Shown piece after piece: positions 46,834 to 56,555 of a stretch of 64,000 nucleotides of DNA. The notes under the pieces were generated by a model. It made no database searches and was not told where the DNA came from. It worked only from the letters and a program-made list of their open reading frames with translations. The stretch comes from Alphaproteobacteria bacterium UBA2966 (GTDB lineage: Bacteria; Pseudomonadota; Alphaproteobacteria; UBA2966). Position numbers and translations under genes: made by a program. Position 1 is the stretch's first letter. Each line of letters opens with the position of its first letter. The stretch spans positions 21,821 through 85,820 of the forward strand of contig DEBC01000137.1 of the NCBI GenBank assembly GCA_002348365.1, in the 5' to 3' direction.

Positions 46834-48023
46834 GACATCTTCACGCAGGCCACTGGCTGGGATTTGCCGTATTTCTTACCGTGCCCCTTGCAGTCATCGC
46901 ACCCAAGGGCGGGGTGATTCTTGTCGCCCTGATGGCGCTGCCTTTGCTGGCGCGCACCGTCTCTCGAGGGTTTCATCGTCAGGTGCTGAAATCACCGACT
47001 GCAGCCACTCTGGCGTTGATGTTGATATGGGGCTGTACCAGCGCCCTATGGGCGTTGGAACCGGAAACAGCGCTGCGGCGCTCGGGCTCTCTCGCGTTGC
47101 TCGCGGCGGCTGCGGTGTCCCTGTTTCTGGCGTGCGACGCTCTGGTCGCGGAGGAACGCTGGGTGGCACGGCGGGCAACCGTCGTTGGATTGACCACCGG
47201 CTGCCTCCTGTTGATCGTAGAGTTGTCAGCCGGCCTTCCCGTCAACACACTCGTTCGTGGTGCGGAGAATGTAACCAAACCAACGATTCTCAACGGCGCG
47301 TTGAGCATTGTGGCAATCATGGCGTGGCCCGCGGCGCTGATCCTGAGGCAGCAAAAGAGGCTTTGGCTCGCCATCGGTGTTTTGTTTCTCGCGGTCATTG
47401 TTCTGCTTCTGGGAGATGGGAACTCCGCGCGCGTTGCCTTCGGCCTCGCGGCTCTGGTCGCCGCCGCGGCGCTGCACTGGCCAGACATGTCGAGACGGGC
47501 AATGGTCATCGTCTCGACATTGGGAATTTTGACGGCGCCCCTCGTGCCCGGGACGTTTCTGTCGCCTGACCGCTGGACGGATGCGCTGTCGGGAACCACC
47601 GACTCAGCAATTCATCGGCTGCATATCTGGAACTTCTCGGCCGAGCGCATCGCAGAAAAACCTCTGGCCGGCTGGGGATTGGACGCCTCCAGGACCATTC
47701 CGGGCGGTGACGTTGAGGTCATTCAGGATGGCGCCAGCATGCAACTCCATCCTCACAATGCCCCTTTGCAAATCTGGCTGGAGCTTGGAGTCCCCGGCGC
47801 CGCAGGACTGGCCGCAATCGTGATAATCGCCCTGATGAGCGCCCGACATCTGCCGCGCGAAGCACAGGCTGCCTCACTGGCGACGACCACGGCTGCCCTT
47901 GCCGTCGCTTCCCTGTCGTTTGGAATCTGGCAGCATTGGTGGCTTGCCACCCTCGCGCTCGCAACCGTCGCGGTGAAAATCGCGGTGGCAGACTCCGAAC
48001 CGTCAAACGCCCAGTCGGTGTAG
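46830..48023 (+). CDS. O-antigen ligase/Wzy_C-family protein (WaaL-like ligase, O-antigen polymerase, or PglL/PilO-type O-oligosaccharyltransferase).
   Basis: ~10-12 TM helices plus the Wzy_C signature …MQLHPHNAPLQIWLELGVPG… The ATGA overlap is at 46830-46833. Confidence 0.7.
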   Translation: MRHLHAGHWLGFAVFLTVPLAVIAPKGGVILVALMALPLLARTVSRGFHRQVLKSPTAATLALMLIWGCTSALWALEPETALRRSGSLALLAAAAVSLFLACDALVAEERWVARRATVVGLTTGCLLLIVELSAGLPVNTLVRGAENVTKPTILNGALSIVAIMAWPAALILRQQKRLWLAIGVLFLAVIVLLLGDGNSARVAFGLAALVAAAALHWPDMSRRAMVIVSTLGILTAPLVPGTFLSPDRWTDALSGTTDSAIHRLHIWNFSAERIAEKPLAGWGLDASRTIPGGDVEVIQDGASMQLHPHNAPLQIWLELGVPGAAGLAAIVIIALMSARHLPREAQAASLATTTAALAVASLSFGIWQHWWLATLALATVAVKIAVADSEPSNAQSV

Positions 48024-48061
48024 CGGCGCGGCCCAAGGGCGCCGCGCCGCCTGCAACCTTT

Positions 48062-48604
48062 CTACGGATTGATGAGCGGATAGGACCGCTTCACCACCAT
48101 GGCAACGGCGGCAGCCACGATAGCCTTGATCACGTCGCCCGGAATGAAAATCGTGGAGCCCGCGAGCGCCTTCCCGAATTCCATGTTGGCGACCACGGCA
48201 AGCCAGGGAATGCCGATTACGTAAACGACGATGACGCCGCCGATGACGTTAAACAGCAAGAGATTCCAGAAGTTCAAGCGGTTCCAGTACCTCTCAACGA
48301 ACCAGCCGACGACGAAGGCCGCGGGTATCCATGAGAGGATGAATCCGCCGGTCGGGCCCAGAATTACGCCAAAGCCACCCTTCCAACCTGTCAACAGCGG
48401 CAATCCGACGGCGACCAGTATGACGAACAACAGGAGCGACAGACCGCCGCGTCTGGCGCCAAGGATTGAACCGGCCAACATCACGCCGATGTTTTGCACG
48501 ATGATGGGGGCCGGAACGAACGGCGCTTGAAATGGCGGGAAAACAGCGCACGCTGCGGTCAGTGCTGCAAACAGCGCGACAAATACCATGTCTCGTGTAG
48601 TCAT
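48062..48604 (-). CDS. bioY: Biotin ECF transporter S component BioY.
   Basis: Six-TM BioY pattern (…APIIVQNIGVMLAGSILGARRGG…). The ATG at 48604 follows a G-rich RBS. Confidence 0.8.
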   Translation of the reverse strand: MTTRDMVFVALFAALTAACAVFPPFQAPFVPAPIIVQNIGVMLAGSILGARRGGLSLLLFVILVAVGLPLLTGWKGGFGVILGPTGGFILSWIPAAFVVGWFVERYWNRLNFWNLLLFNVIGGVIVVYVIGIPWLAVVANMEFGKALAGSTIFIPGDVIKAIVAAAVAMVVKRSYPLINP

Positions 48605-48729
48605 GATGCCCCCCAAAGGCGTATTGCGAACCGATTTCGGGAATTGCCGGACGCGAGGCCAGCTGAAATGGAACTCTCTTATAGTCCGTCGGGACCCGTC
48701 GCATCAACGCCGCGACGTCGCTGCAATTC

Positions 48730-49359
48730 CTACCCTCTGCGTTTCCAAACTGGGACCACCGGCTCGGGATCATAGCCCCGGGCCTCAATGGACTCAGACA
48801 AATCATCCGCCATTTTCAACGTCTTGATCAGAAGCGGCATCAACAAGGCGATCGCGTTGCGATCAAGCCCTCGTGCCCGCTGGGCTTCGAGTATCTCCTG
48901 AGCCTCACGCATCATCATGGGAATGAATCGTATGACCATGGACAGCATCATGCTCACCTTGGACGGATTGACCCCCAGATGTTTAAGCGGGCGCACGACG
49001 CGCTCCAGGACATCCATCATGTCCGAGACTTTTGTTGTGAGCGTGACCAGAACGGCGAGCAGCAGCAGAACCAGGATGCGAAGGACAGTTTCGAGACCCA
49101 GCATCCAGTCCGTCAGAAACACATGGAACAGAAAGATCGGAACCATGAAGATCAGCGCCGTCCGTAGTTGTCGCAAGGTGTCTTTCCAGGGAAGACGCGC
49201 AACTTGGAACAGGGCCGCGATGATCAGGAGCTCGGCAACGTGTACCGGAATGTTGGAAATGACGAACAGCGCCATGCTTCCGATCACCAAGATCAGAAGT
49301 TTGATCCCCGCCGGTATGCGGTGAACAATCGTGTCACCCGGTACATACAGCGACAGCAT
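48730..49359 (-). CDS. bioN: ECF transporter transmembrane T component (BioN/EcfT/CbiQ family).
   Basis: CbiQ-like TM protein with a conserved C-terminal …ARGYD… motif. It has a 1-nt TAATG overlap with bioM. Confidence 0.8.
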   Translation of the reverse strand: MLSLYVPGDTIVHRIPAGIKLLILVIGSMALFVISNIPVHVAELLIIAALFQVARLPWKDTLRQLRTALIFMVPIFLFHVFLTDWMLGLETVLRILVLLLLAVLVTLTTKVSDMMDVLERVVRPLKHLGVNPSKVSMMLSMVIRFIPMMMREAQEILEAQRARGLDRNAIALLMPLLIKTLKMADDLSESIEARGYDPEPVVPVWKRRG

Positions 49360-50033
49360 TAGGCCATCGCCTGAGTGTAGTAGCGGATCGCGTCGTCGGG
49401 AGCACCGTCTGCCACGACCTGCCCGTCTTCGAACACGATCACACGCTCGAACTCCTCAAGGTGTTCCAGATCATGGGTGACCAGAATGATCGGCTGCTCG
49501 ATGGCGTGTATCGTGTCGAGAACGAGCTTCTTGTTACGCAGGTCCAAGAGTGTCATCGGCTCATCGAACACGACATAACTCGGCTCCATCACCAGCACTG
49601 CCGAGATCGCCAGCATCTGTTTTTCGCCCCCGGACAAAAGATGAGCCGCGCACTGTCTGAGATGTTCCAGCTTGTACTTCCCGAGAATCGAATCAATCCG
49701 GGAAGCGATCTCTTGCTTGGACAACTTGAGATTCTTGAGGCCGAACTCGAGGTCCTCTTCGACCACAGGAAAGACGATCTGGTTGTCCGGATTCTGAAAG
49801 ACGAATCCGACCTTGCGTCTCACCGCCTTGACATCGGTTCTCGTGTCAATCCCATCGACGGTGACAGTCCCCTCGTCCGGAATCAGGAGGCCGTTCAACA
49901 GGCGCACAAATGTGCTCTTCCCCGACCCGTTGGCGCCGATGACACCGACTCGGCGCTCGCCGATTCGCAAGCTGATGTCTTTGAGGACGTGGCGTTCACC
50001 GAAACGCTGGCTGACGTTGGAAATTTCGAACAT
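49359..50033 (-). CDS. bioM: ECF transporter ATPase component (BioM/EcfA/CbiO family).
   Basis: Walker A GANGSGKST, signature LSGGEKQMLAI and Walker B VVFDEP. The internal ATG at 50031-50033 is taken as the start. Confidence 0.8.
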   Translation of the reverse strand: MFEISNVSQRFGERHVLKDISLRIGERRVGVIGANGSGKSTFVRLLNGLLIPDEGTVTVDGIDTRTDVKAVRRKVGFVFQNPDNQIVFPVVEEDLEFGLKNLKLSKQEIASRIDSILGKYKLEHLRQCAAHLLSGGEKQMLAISAVLVMEPSYVVFDEPMTLLDLRNKKLVLDTIHAIEQPIILVTHDLEHLEEFERVIVFEDGQVVADGAPDDAIRYYTQAMA

Positions 50034-50102
50034 GATTCGCTGGATTCTCGCCGCCGGACGCGACCACGCGTATGCTAGCGGCAGGGACATGCAGATGCGA
50101 CC

Positions 50103-51176
50103 TTGGGATCGCGATTACCAGTTAACCCATTGATAGACGGATATCTAATCAACTACCTGTTGCTGGCCTTCCTGGTCACCTATCCGCTGTCGCGGTTCGC
50201 CACCGGCAAACTGGTCAAAGTCCTAAACCGGCACGCGGTGCTCGACCAGCCCAACCACCGGTCCAGCCATGCTCGTCCGGTGCCCCGAGGCGGGGGCATT
50301 GTCGTGATCGGCTTGTTGGTTCTGGCCTGGGGCCACTTCGGAGTCCTGGTGCCTCACGTCGCGCCCGCACTGTTCACTATTCTTGGGCTTGCGCTGGCTC
50401 TCGCCGCGGTCTCCTGGATCGACGACCTCCGAGGGCTCAATCCATTCGCCCGTCTGTTCTGCCATGCCATCGCTGTTGCCATTGGGCTGTGGACGCTTCC
50501 GGACGCCCCCGTGTTTCAGGGACTCGTCGCTCCGTGGATCGACGACCTGATGGCCGCGCTGCTCTGGCTCTGGTTTGTCAACTTGTTCAACTTCATGGAT
50601 GGCATCGACGGCATTACCGGTGCCGAGACCGTCGCCATCGGTCTCGGCGTCACGGTGATCGCGGCACTGGCAAATCTCGGTCCCGATATCGCCCTCTATG
50701 GCCTGACTCTGGTGACGATAACGTTCGGGTTCCTGCGCTGGAACTGGCAGCCCGCCAAGATATTCCTCGGAGATGTGGGAAGTGTCCCCCTCGGCTACCT
50801 TGTCGGTTGGCTCTTGCTGACGTTGGCCGCCGAGGGTCATTGGGCCCCGGCCATCATCCTGCCGCTGTATTATCTGGCCGATGCGACGATTACTTTGTTG
50901 CAGCGCCTGGTGCGCGGCGAAAAGATTTGGTTGGCACACCGCAGTCACTTCTATCAGAGGGCAACCCAAAGCCCGGGAACCCATGCCGGCGCCGTCCGTC
51001 GAGTCAATGCGGCCAATATCGCTCTCGTTATTCTGGCAGTCGTCGCAGCCATGTATCCCGAAATTGCACCACTCCTACTATTATTCGCCGGGCTGATCGT
51101 CGCCGTGTTGCTGTGGACGTTCGCCAATCGCCCGATCAAGGTACCCACGTCCCTCAGCACGCCAGACAAGGATTGA
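50103..51176 (+). CDS. Polyprenyl-phosphate HexNAc-1-phosphate transferase (WecA/WbpL/MraY-family, GT4 of the PNPT superfamily).
   Basis: …NLFNFMDGIDGI… (DDxxD-like Mg site), …IFLGDVGSVPLGY… and ~10 TM helices. The start is uncertain (TTG 50103 or TTG 50130). Confidence 0.75.
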   Translation: MGSRLPVNPLIDGYLINYLLLAFLVTYPLSRFATGKLVKVLNRHAVLDQPNHRSSHARPVPRGGGIVVIGLLVLAWGHFGVLVPHVAPALFTILGLALALAAVSWIDDLRGLNPFARLFCHAIAVAIGLWTLPDAPVFQGLVAPWIDDLMAALLWLWFVNLFNFMDGIDGITGAETVAIGLGVTVIAALANLGPDIALYGLTLVTITFGFLRWNWQPAKIFLGDVGSVPLGYLVGWLLLTLAAEGHWAPAIILPLYYLADATITLLQRLVRGEKIWLAHRSHFYQRATQSPGTHAGAVRRVNAANIALVILAVVAAMYPEIAPLLLLFAGLIVAVLLWTFANRPIKVPTSLSTPDKD

Positions 51177-51180
51177 TCGT

Positions 51181-53148
51181 TTGAGTTTTAACTCACGCAT
51201 TCTCATCGTCGCTGTCCACGACGTCATCATGGCGGCGTTGAGTTTCGAGGCCGCAGTAGCCCTGCGCTATTTCACGTACGGCGCGCCGCAGGAGTTCCTG
51301 TTCCTCTGGGAAGGCACTCTGATCTTTTCCGTGGTTTGCGCCATTACGTTCTGGCGCATCGGTCTCTATCGCGGCATCTGGTACTACGCGTCGCTCAACG
51401 ATCTGATCGCGATATTCAAAGCTGCAACCCTGGCGATCCTTATTTTTCTTCCTGTGCTGTTCGTTCTGACCCGCCTCGAGGACTTCCCACGCACATCGCT
51501 GATCATCAATTGGCCGCTTCTGATCGTCATGCTGGCGGGTCCGAGATTTCTGTACAGGGCCCTCAAGGATGGGAACCTCCAGGCCGCTTTCCAGCGTTTT
51601 GAGATGGACCAGAGCCGAGTCCCGGTACTGCTGGCCGGCGCCGGTGATCAGGCCGATTCTTTCATCCGCGAAATGGCTCGCTCAGGCCTTGGAACCTACC
51701 GCGTGGTGGGAATCGTCGATGACAAGATGGGACGTATTGGCCGTGACATCCGCGGTGTGCGAATTCTCGGCTCCCTCAGCGCCATCAACGATGTCGTCGC
51801 CCGCCTCGAACGCGAGGGCATGCGCCCCCAAAGGCTGATCATCGCTGGCGGCAGCTTTGGCGGAGAGAAGATCCAGGATCTTCTTCAACGTTGTGAGAAC
51901 CTCGGGATGAGTCTTGCCCGGCTTCCCCGCCTCACCGACTTCGATAGCGGACGAGACGTCAATGCGGATGCCACGACCAGCACGGTCCGAAGTTTCGAAC
52001 CACGACCCGTCGATGTTGAAGATCTTCTGGGACGACCTCAGAAGGTCCTCGACCGCGACGCCATGCGGGAATTGGTCTCAGACCGGCGCGTTCTCGTTAC
52101 CGGCGCCGGCGGTACCATCGGGGCAGAACTAACCCGTCAAATCGCCGACTTTCAACCAGCCTGTCTGACGCTCGTCGACAATGCTGAATACAACCTCTAT
52201 CGCATCGATCTTGAGATCAGTGAGCGCCATCCGGACCTGCCACGACGGGCTGCACTTGCCGATGTCAGGGACCCGGAACGACTTGAGGACATATTCAGTT
52301 CCGAGACTCCCGATCTGGTATTTCACGCAGCTGCCTTCAAGCACGTCCCGCTCGTTGAAGCCAATGCCGAAGAAGGCGTACTGACCAATGTGATCGGGAC
52401 TCGCAACGTCGCGGAAGCATGCCGTCGCAATGGCGTTGGTGCGATGGTCCTGATCTCGACTGACAAGGCCGTGTCGCCATCAAATATCATGGGCGCCACG
52501 AAGCGCATTGCCGAACGCTACTGCCAGGCGCTGAGTGCTCAGCCCGGGGGACCGCCCAGCGAAACCCGTTTTGTTACCGTCCGCTTCGGAAACGTTCTGG
52601 GTTCAACCGGGTCCGTCGTACCGTTGTTCAGCCGACAGATTGCCTCAGGGGGCCCGGTGACCGTGACAGATGAGGCGGTCACCCGATTTTTCATGACAAC
52701 CCGCGAGGCCGTCGAACTCGTGCTTCAGGCTTGTGCGTTGAATGGCTCAGACTCGGATGCACGCGGCAAGATTTACGTCCTCGACATGGGAGAGCCTGTA
52801 TGCATCGCTGATCTTGCACATCAAATGATCCGATTGGCCGGGTTGCGGCCGGGCAAGGACATCGACATTCAATTCACTGGCCTTCGGACGGGTGAAAAAC
52901 TGCACGAAGAGCTTTTCGATTCCGACGAAGTCATTTCAGCGACGGCACACCCGTCCATCCGACTCGCGTCGTCGCCAGCGATGGACATTGAACTCCTCCG
53001 GGCTCAAATTGAGAAACTCGGTGAGGTCGCAAAGCATCATAAAACTGCGGACATTCTCGATCTCATCGCGACTCTTGTTCCAGAATTTCGAGCGCCCGAC
53101 GCGACAACTCGAAGCGCTGACTCGATCGCGGTCGCCGGTTCCGAGTAG
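51181..53148 (+). CDS. Membrane-anchored UDP-N-acetylglucosamine 4,6-dehydratase (WbpM/CapD/PglF family).
   Basis: Four N-terminal TM helices, a Rossmann …VLVTGAGGTIGAEL… and the catalytic region …LISTDKAVSPSNIMGATKRIAE…. Confidence 0.85.
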   Translation: MSFNSRILIVAVHDVIMAALSFEAAVALRYFTYGAPQEFLFLWEGTLIFSVVCAITFWRIGLYRGIWYYASLNDLIAIFKAATLAILIFLPVLFVLTRLEDFPRTSLIINWPLLIVMLAGPRFLYRALKDGNLQAAFQRFEMDQSRVPVLLAGAGDQADSFIREMARSGLGTYRVVGIVDDKMGRIGRDIRGVRILGSLSAINDVVARLEREGMRPQRLIIAGGSFGGEKIQDLLQRCENLGMSLARLPRLTDFDSGRDVNADATTSTVRSFEPRPVDVEDLLGRPQKVLDRDAMRELVSDRRVLVTGAGGTIGAELTRQIADFQPACLTLVDNAEYNLYRIDLEISERHPDLPRRAALADVRDPERLEDIFSSETPDLVFHAAAFKHVPLVEANAEEGVLTNVIGTRNVAEACRRNGVGAMVLISTDKAVSPSNIMGATKRIAERYCQALSAQPGGPPSETRFVTVRFGNVLGSTGSVVPLFSRQIASGGPVTVTDEAVTRFFMTTREAVELVLQACALNGSDSDARGKIYVLDMGEPVCIADLAHQMIRLAGLRPGKDIDIQFTGLRTGEKLHEELFDSDEVISATAHPSIRLASSPAMDIELLRAQIEKLGEVAKHHKTADILDLIATLVPEFRAPDATTRSADSIAVAGSE

Positions 53149-53249
53149 GAATCTGCGACAGTCCTGACGAAACGCCGCAGATCATGGTATAGCCGCAGGG
53201 CAACAACTTCCTCTCACGTCGAACCCATCTGAACCAGTCGAGCAACACC

Positions 53250-54824
53250 ATGATCCGCCGCGCCATTCTGTCCGTTTCCAATAAATCGGGTCTGGAGGAA
53301 TTGGGAGCCTTCCTCGCCGGCCGAGGGATCGAAATGCTATCGACTGGCGGGTCGGCCCGGACCCTCCAAGCGGCGGGATTGGATGTGAAGGAGGTCGCCG
53401 ACTACACCGGTTTCCCGGAAATGATGGACGGCCGGGTCAAGACCCTTCATCCCAAGGTGCACGGCGGTATCCTCGCTCTCCGCGACGTCGCTGCCCACCG
53501 CGACGCCATGGAGACACACGGCATCGCGGACATCGATCTCGTGGTGGTGAATTTGTACCCCTTTGAGGAAACCGTTGCGAAGGGCGCACCGTTCACCGAT
53601 TGCATCGAGAACATCGACATCGGCGGCCCGGCCATGATCCGTTCGGCCGCCAAGAACCATGCCCATGTCACGGTTGTGGTGGACCCCGAGGATTATCAAG
53701 CCGTGATGAAGGATATCGAGGCGAATGACGGCGCCGTCGGTGACGATCTCCGGCGACAATTAGCCGCCAAGGCCTATGCCCACACGGGCGCGTATGATGC
53801 CGCGATATCAAACTGGTTTGCCCGAGAGCTGGGGGCATCGTTTCCCGAGCGTCTCGTGCTGTCGGGTCAGCGCCGGGAGGTCTTGCGATATGGAGAGAAT
53901 CCGCACCAGGAAGCCGCCTTTTACGTCGGCGGAGAGCCGCGGCCGGGCATCGCCACGGCACAGCAGGTTCAGGGAAAGGCGCTCTCATTCAACAATCTGA
54001 ACGACACGGATGCAGCGTACGAACTTGTGGCCGAATTCGACCCGCAAAAGCACGGGCCTGCCGTCGCAATCATAAAGCACGCCAATCCATGCGGTGTTGC
54101 GGTCGGTGAAACTCTCGCCGAAGCCTACCGAAAAGCCTTCGCCTGCGATCCGGTGAGCGCATTTGGCGGCATCATTGCGCTGAACAGCTCGCTGGACAGT
54201 GAAACCGCCGAAGAAATCTCCGGAATCTTCACGGAGGTCATTGTCGCGCCGGACGCGGATGAAACGGCCAAAGAGGTGCTCGCCCGGAAGGAGAATTTGA
54301 GACTCCTGTTGACCGGATCGCTCCCGGATCCGTCTTCACGTGGGTCAACGGTACGTTCGCTGGCCGGGGGCTATCTTGTCCAGACCCGGGATGATCAGCT
54401 TACCCGCGGAGACGTCAGGGTCGTTACGAAGAAGTCGCCGAGCGAATCGGAGATGGCCGATCTCACGTTCGCTTTCACCGTCGCAAAACACGTCAAGTCA
54501 AACACGATCGTCTATGCGAAGGACGGCGCGACGGTTGGCGTTGGCGCCGGACAGATGAGCCGTGTGGATTCCGCTCGACTCGCGGTCCGCAAGGCAGTGG
54601 ACGTGGCTGACGCCGCCGGACACTCGGAGCCCGCCACGATTGGCTCCGTCGCCGCCTCGGATGCATTCTTCCCCTTCGCCGACGGTCTGCTCGCCGCCGT
54701 TGAAGCAGGGGTCACCGCCGTCATTCAACCGGGCGGATCGATGCGTGATGACGAAGTGATCGCTGCTGCGGACGACGCCGGTGTCGCCATGGTCTTCACA
54801 GGCATGCGCCATTTCCGTCACTAA
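53250..54824 (+). CDS. purH: Bifunctional AICAR transformylase / IMP cyclohydrolase.
   Basis: [17 protein letters not shown]… MGS-like N-domain and AICARFT C-domain, full length. Confidence 0.9.
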   Translation: MIRRAILSVSNKSGLEELGAFLAGRGIEMLSTGGSARTLQAAGLDVKEVADYTGFPEMMDGRVKTLHPKVHGGILALRDVAAHRDAMETHGIADIDLVVVNLYPFEETVAKGAPFTDCIENIDIGGPAMIRSAAKNHAHVTVVVDPEDYQAVMKDIEANDGAVGDDLRRQLAAKAYAHTGAYDAAISNWFARELGASFPERLVLSGQRREVLRYGENPHQEAAFYVGGEPRPGIATAQQVQGKALSFNNLNDTDAAYELVAEFDPQKHGPAVAIIKHANPCGVAVGETLAEAYRKAFACDPVSAFGGIIALNSSLDSETAEEISGIFTEVIVAPDADETAKEVLARKENLRLLLTGSLPDPSSRGSTVRSLAGGYLVQTRDDQLTRGDVRVVTKKSPSESEMADLTFAFTVAKHVKSNTIVYAKDGATVGVGAGQMSRVDSARLAVRKAVDVADAAGHSEPATIGSVAASDAFFPFADGLLAAVEAGVTAVIQPGGSMRDDEVIAAADDAGVAMVFTGMRHFRH

Positions 54825-54848
54825 CCACCTGACACAGGAAGTAGCACC

Positions 54849-55169
54849 ATGATCGTTTCCACAACCCCAACTCTCCAAGACAAACGCATCCTGGCCTACA
54901 AGGGCCTGGTGTCAGGAGAGGCCATCATGGGTGCCAACATCTTCCGCGACCTGTTTGCGGCGGTTCGCGATATCGTGGGTGGTCAGGCCGGTGCTTACGA
55001 GAAAGTTCTCAAGGACGCCCGTGATGTCGCCATTCAGGAGATGACCGACGAAGCCGCGGCTCGGGGTGCCAATGCCGTCGTGGGAGTGGATCTCGACTAT
55101 GAAGCCATCGGCGACAAGTCCAGTATGCTCATGGTAACCGCGAGTGGGACGGCTGTTGTCGTAGAGTAA
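54849..55169 (+). CDS. ybjQ: YbjQ/UPF0145-family protein.
   Basis: 106-aa heavy-metal-binding-like domain protein. The RBS is CAGGAAG. Confidence 0.8.
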   Translation: MIVSTTPTLQDKRILAYKGLVSGEAIMGANIFRDLFAAVRDIVGGQAGAYEKVLKDARDVAIQEMTDEAAARGANAVVGVDLDYEAIGDKSSMLMVTASGTAVVVE

Positions 55170-55192
55170 ACACCGAATACGCCCTGTTCGCT

Positions 55193-55222
55193 CGGCCGGG
55201 CATCGCCCGGCCGTTTTTTATT
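55193..55222 (+). terminator. Rho-independent terminator downstream of ybjQ.
   Basis: Perfect 8-bp GC stem CGGCCGGG / CCCGGCCG with loop CATCG, followed by TTTTTTATT. Confidence 0.55.
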
Positions 55223-55225
55223 GGA

Positions 55226-56506
55226 TCATGGATTTGTTCGAACGGTGAACAATACGCAGAGACCGATCACGAAGAACGCCACGGCCGTACCCAGTCCCAT
55301 GCTTTGACTACCGCTCCACGCCGTGACCGTCGCCGCTACGATCGGACCCAGAAACGCGGTCGCCTTCCCCGACAAGGCGAACAGTCCGAAAAACTCCGTG
55401 CGGAGTTCAGGCGGTGCAAGGCGCGCCATGAATGAGCGGCTGGCCGCCTGGGTCGGTCCGACAAAGATCCCAAGCGCAGCACCCCAGACCCAGAACCAGG
55501 TGACGTCGTCGACGATGACGGCTCCGAGACTGGCACCTGAAAGTCCGATTAAGGCGGCGATAATGGCGAATTTCGAGCCCTGCCAATCGTCTATCCAGGC
55601 GAACACGATGGCGCCCAGTCCAGCCGTCACGTTCAGTACGATCCCGAACTGAATCAGTTCCGCCTGCTCCATATTGAACTTGCCCGCCGCATACACGCCA
55701 CCAAGAGCAAATACGATTACAAGGCCGTCGTTGTAGAACATGCGCGCGATGAGGAATCGCAATGCGTTGGCGTGCTCGCCGGTCAATCCCTTTATCGTTG
55801 TCTCTAATGCCGAGAGACCCCGCTGAACCCGAACACCGATCGGGAGACTGGCAGCCGGCCGGTCCGGCGTGAACAGGAAGAGCGGAATCACGAATATCGC
55901 AAACCAGACGGCAACCAGCGGCCCCACAATCCGAATATTGGCGGCATTTTCGGTACTTACGCCGAACAGCGGCGTTTCCGTCTGAATGAATCCGAACAGC
56001 ATGACGAACAGCGCGGCCAGGCCGCCCGCATATCCGACACCCCAGGCCCATCCAGACCACCGGCCCAGACGTTTCGGTGAAACAATGTCTCCCAGCATCG
56101 CATTGTTGAAAACGATCCCGAACTCGAACCCGATGTTTCCTAGAATGACCAGCACCATTGCCAGGATGACGGCGCTTGGAGTCGGCTCGGCGAACCAGAG
56201 AAGGGCAGAACAGACGATACACAACCCACTGAACGCCAGTATCCAAGGCTTACGCCGGCCGCCCGCGTCGGCGATCGCGCCCAACACAGGGCTCAATACG
56301 GCAATCACCACGGCGCTGATGCCAGCCACATAGCCCCACAGCGCCTGGCCCTGGACTTCATCGCCGACAATGCCGCGGCTGAAGTAAGCTGCAAACACAA
56401 AGGTGATAATCAAAGTGGTGAACGGAGAGTTCGCCCAGTCATAGAGCGCCCAACCGACCATACCGCGTCGCGTCGTGGGGACTTTTGGGTCGGAGACGTC
56501 GCTCAT
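55226..56506 (-). CDS. MFS transporter (UMF1/Atg22-like family).
   Basis: Twelve TM helices and an N-terminal …GWALYDWANSPF… motif. The ATG at 56504-56506 is taken as the start. Confidence 0.8.
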   Translation of the reverse strand: MSDVSDPKVPTTRRGMVGWALYDWANSPFTTLIITFVFAAYFSRGIVGDEVQGQALWGYVAGISAVVIAVLSPVLGAIADAGGRRKPWILAFSGLCIVCSALLWFAEPTPSAVILAMVLVILGNIGFEFGIVFNNAMLGDIVSPKRLGRWSGWAWGVGYAGGLAALFVMLFGFIQTETPLFGVSTENAANIRIVGPLVAVWFAIFVIPLFLFTPDRPAASLPIGVRVQRGLSALETTIKGLTGEHANALRFLIARMFYNDGLVIVFALGGVYAAGKFNMEQAELIQFGIVLNVTAGLGAIVFAWIDDWQGSKFAIIAALIGLSGASLGAVIVDDVTWFWVWGAALGIFVGPTQAASRSFMARLAPPELRTEFFGLFALSGKATAFLGPIVAATVTAWSGSQSMGLGTAVAFFVIGLCVLFTVRTNP

Positions 56507-56555
56507 CACTTCAGAACCTGGCAATTCTTTGCCTAACAGCGACCGTCTCAGGCCT

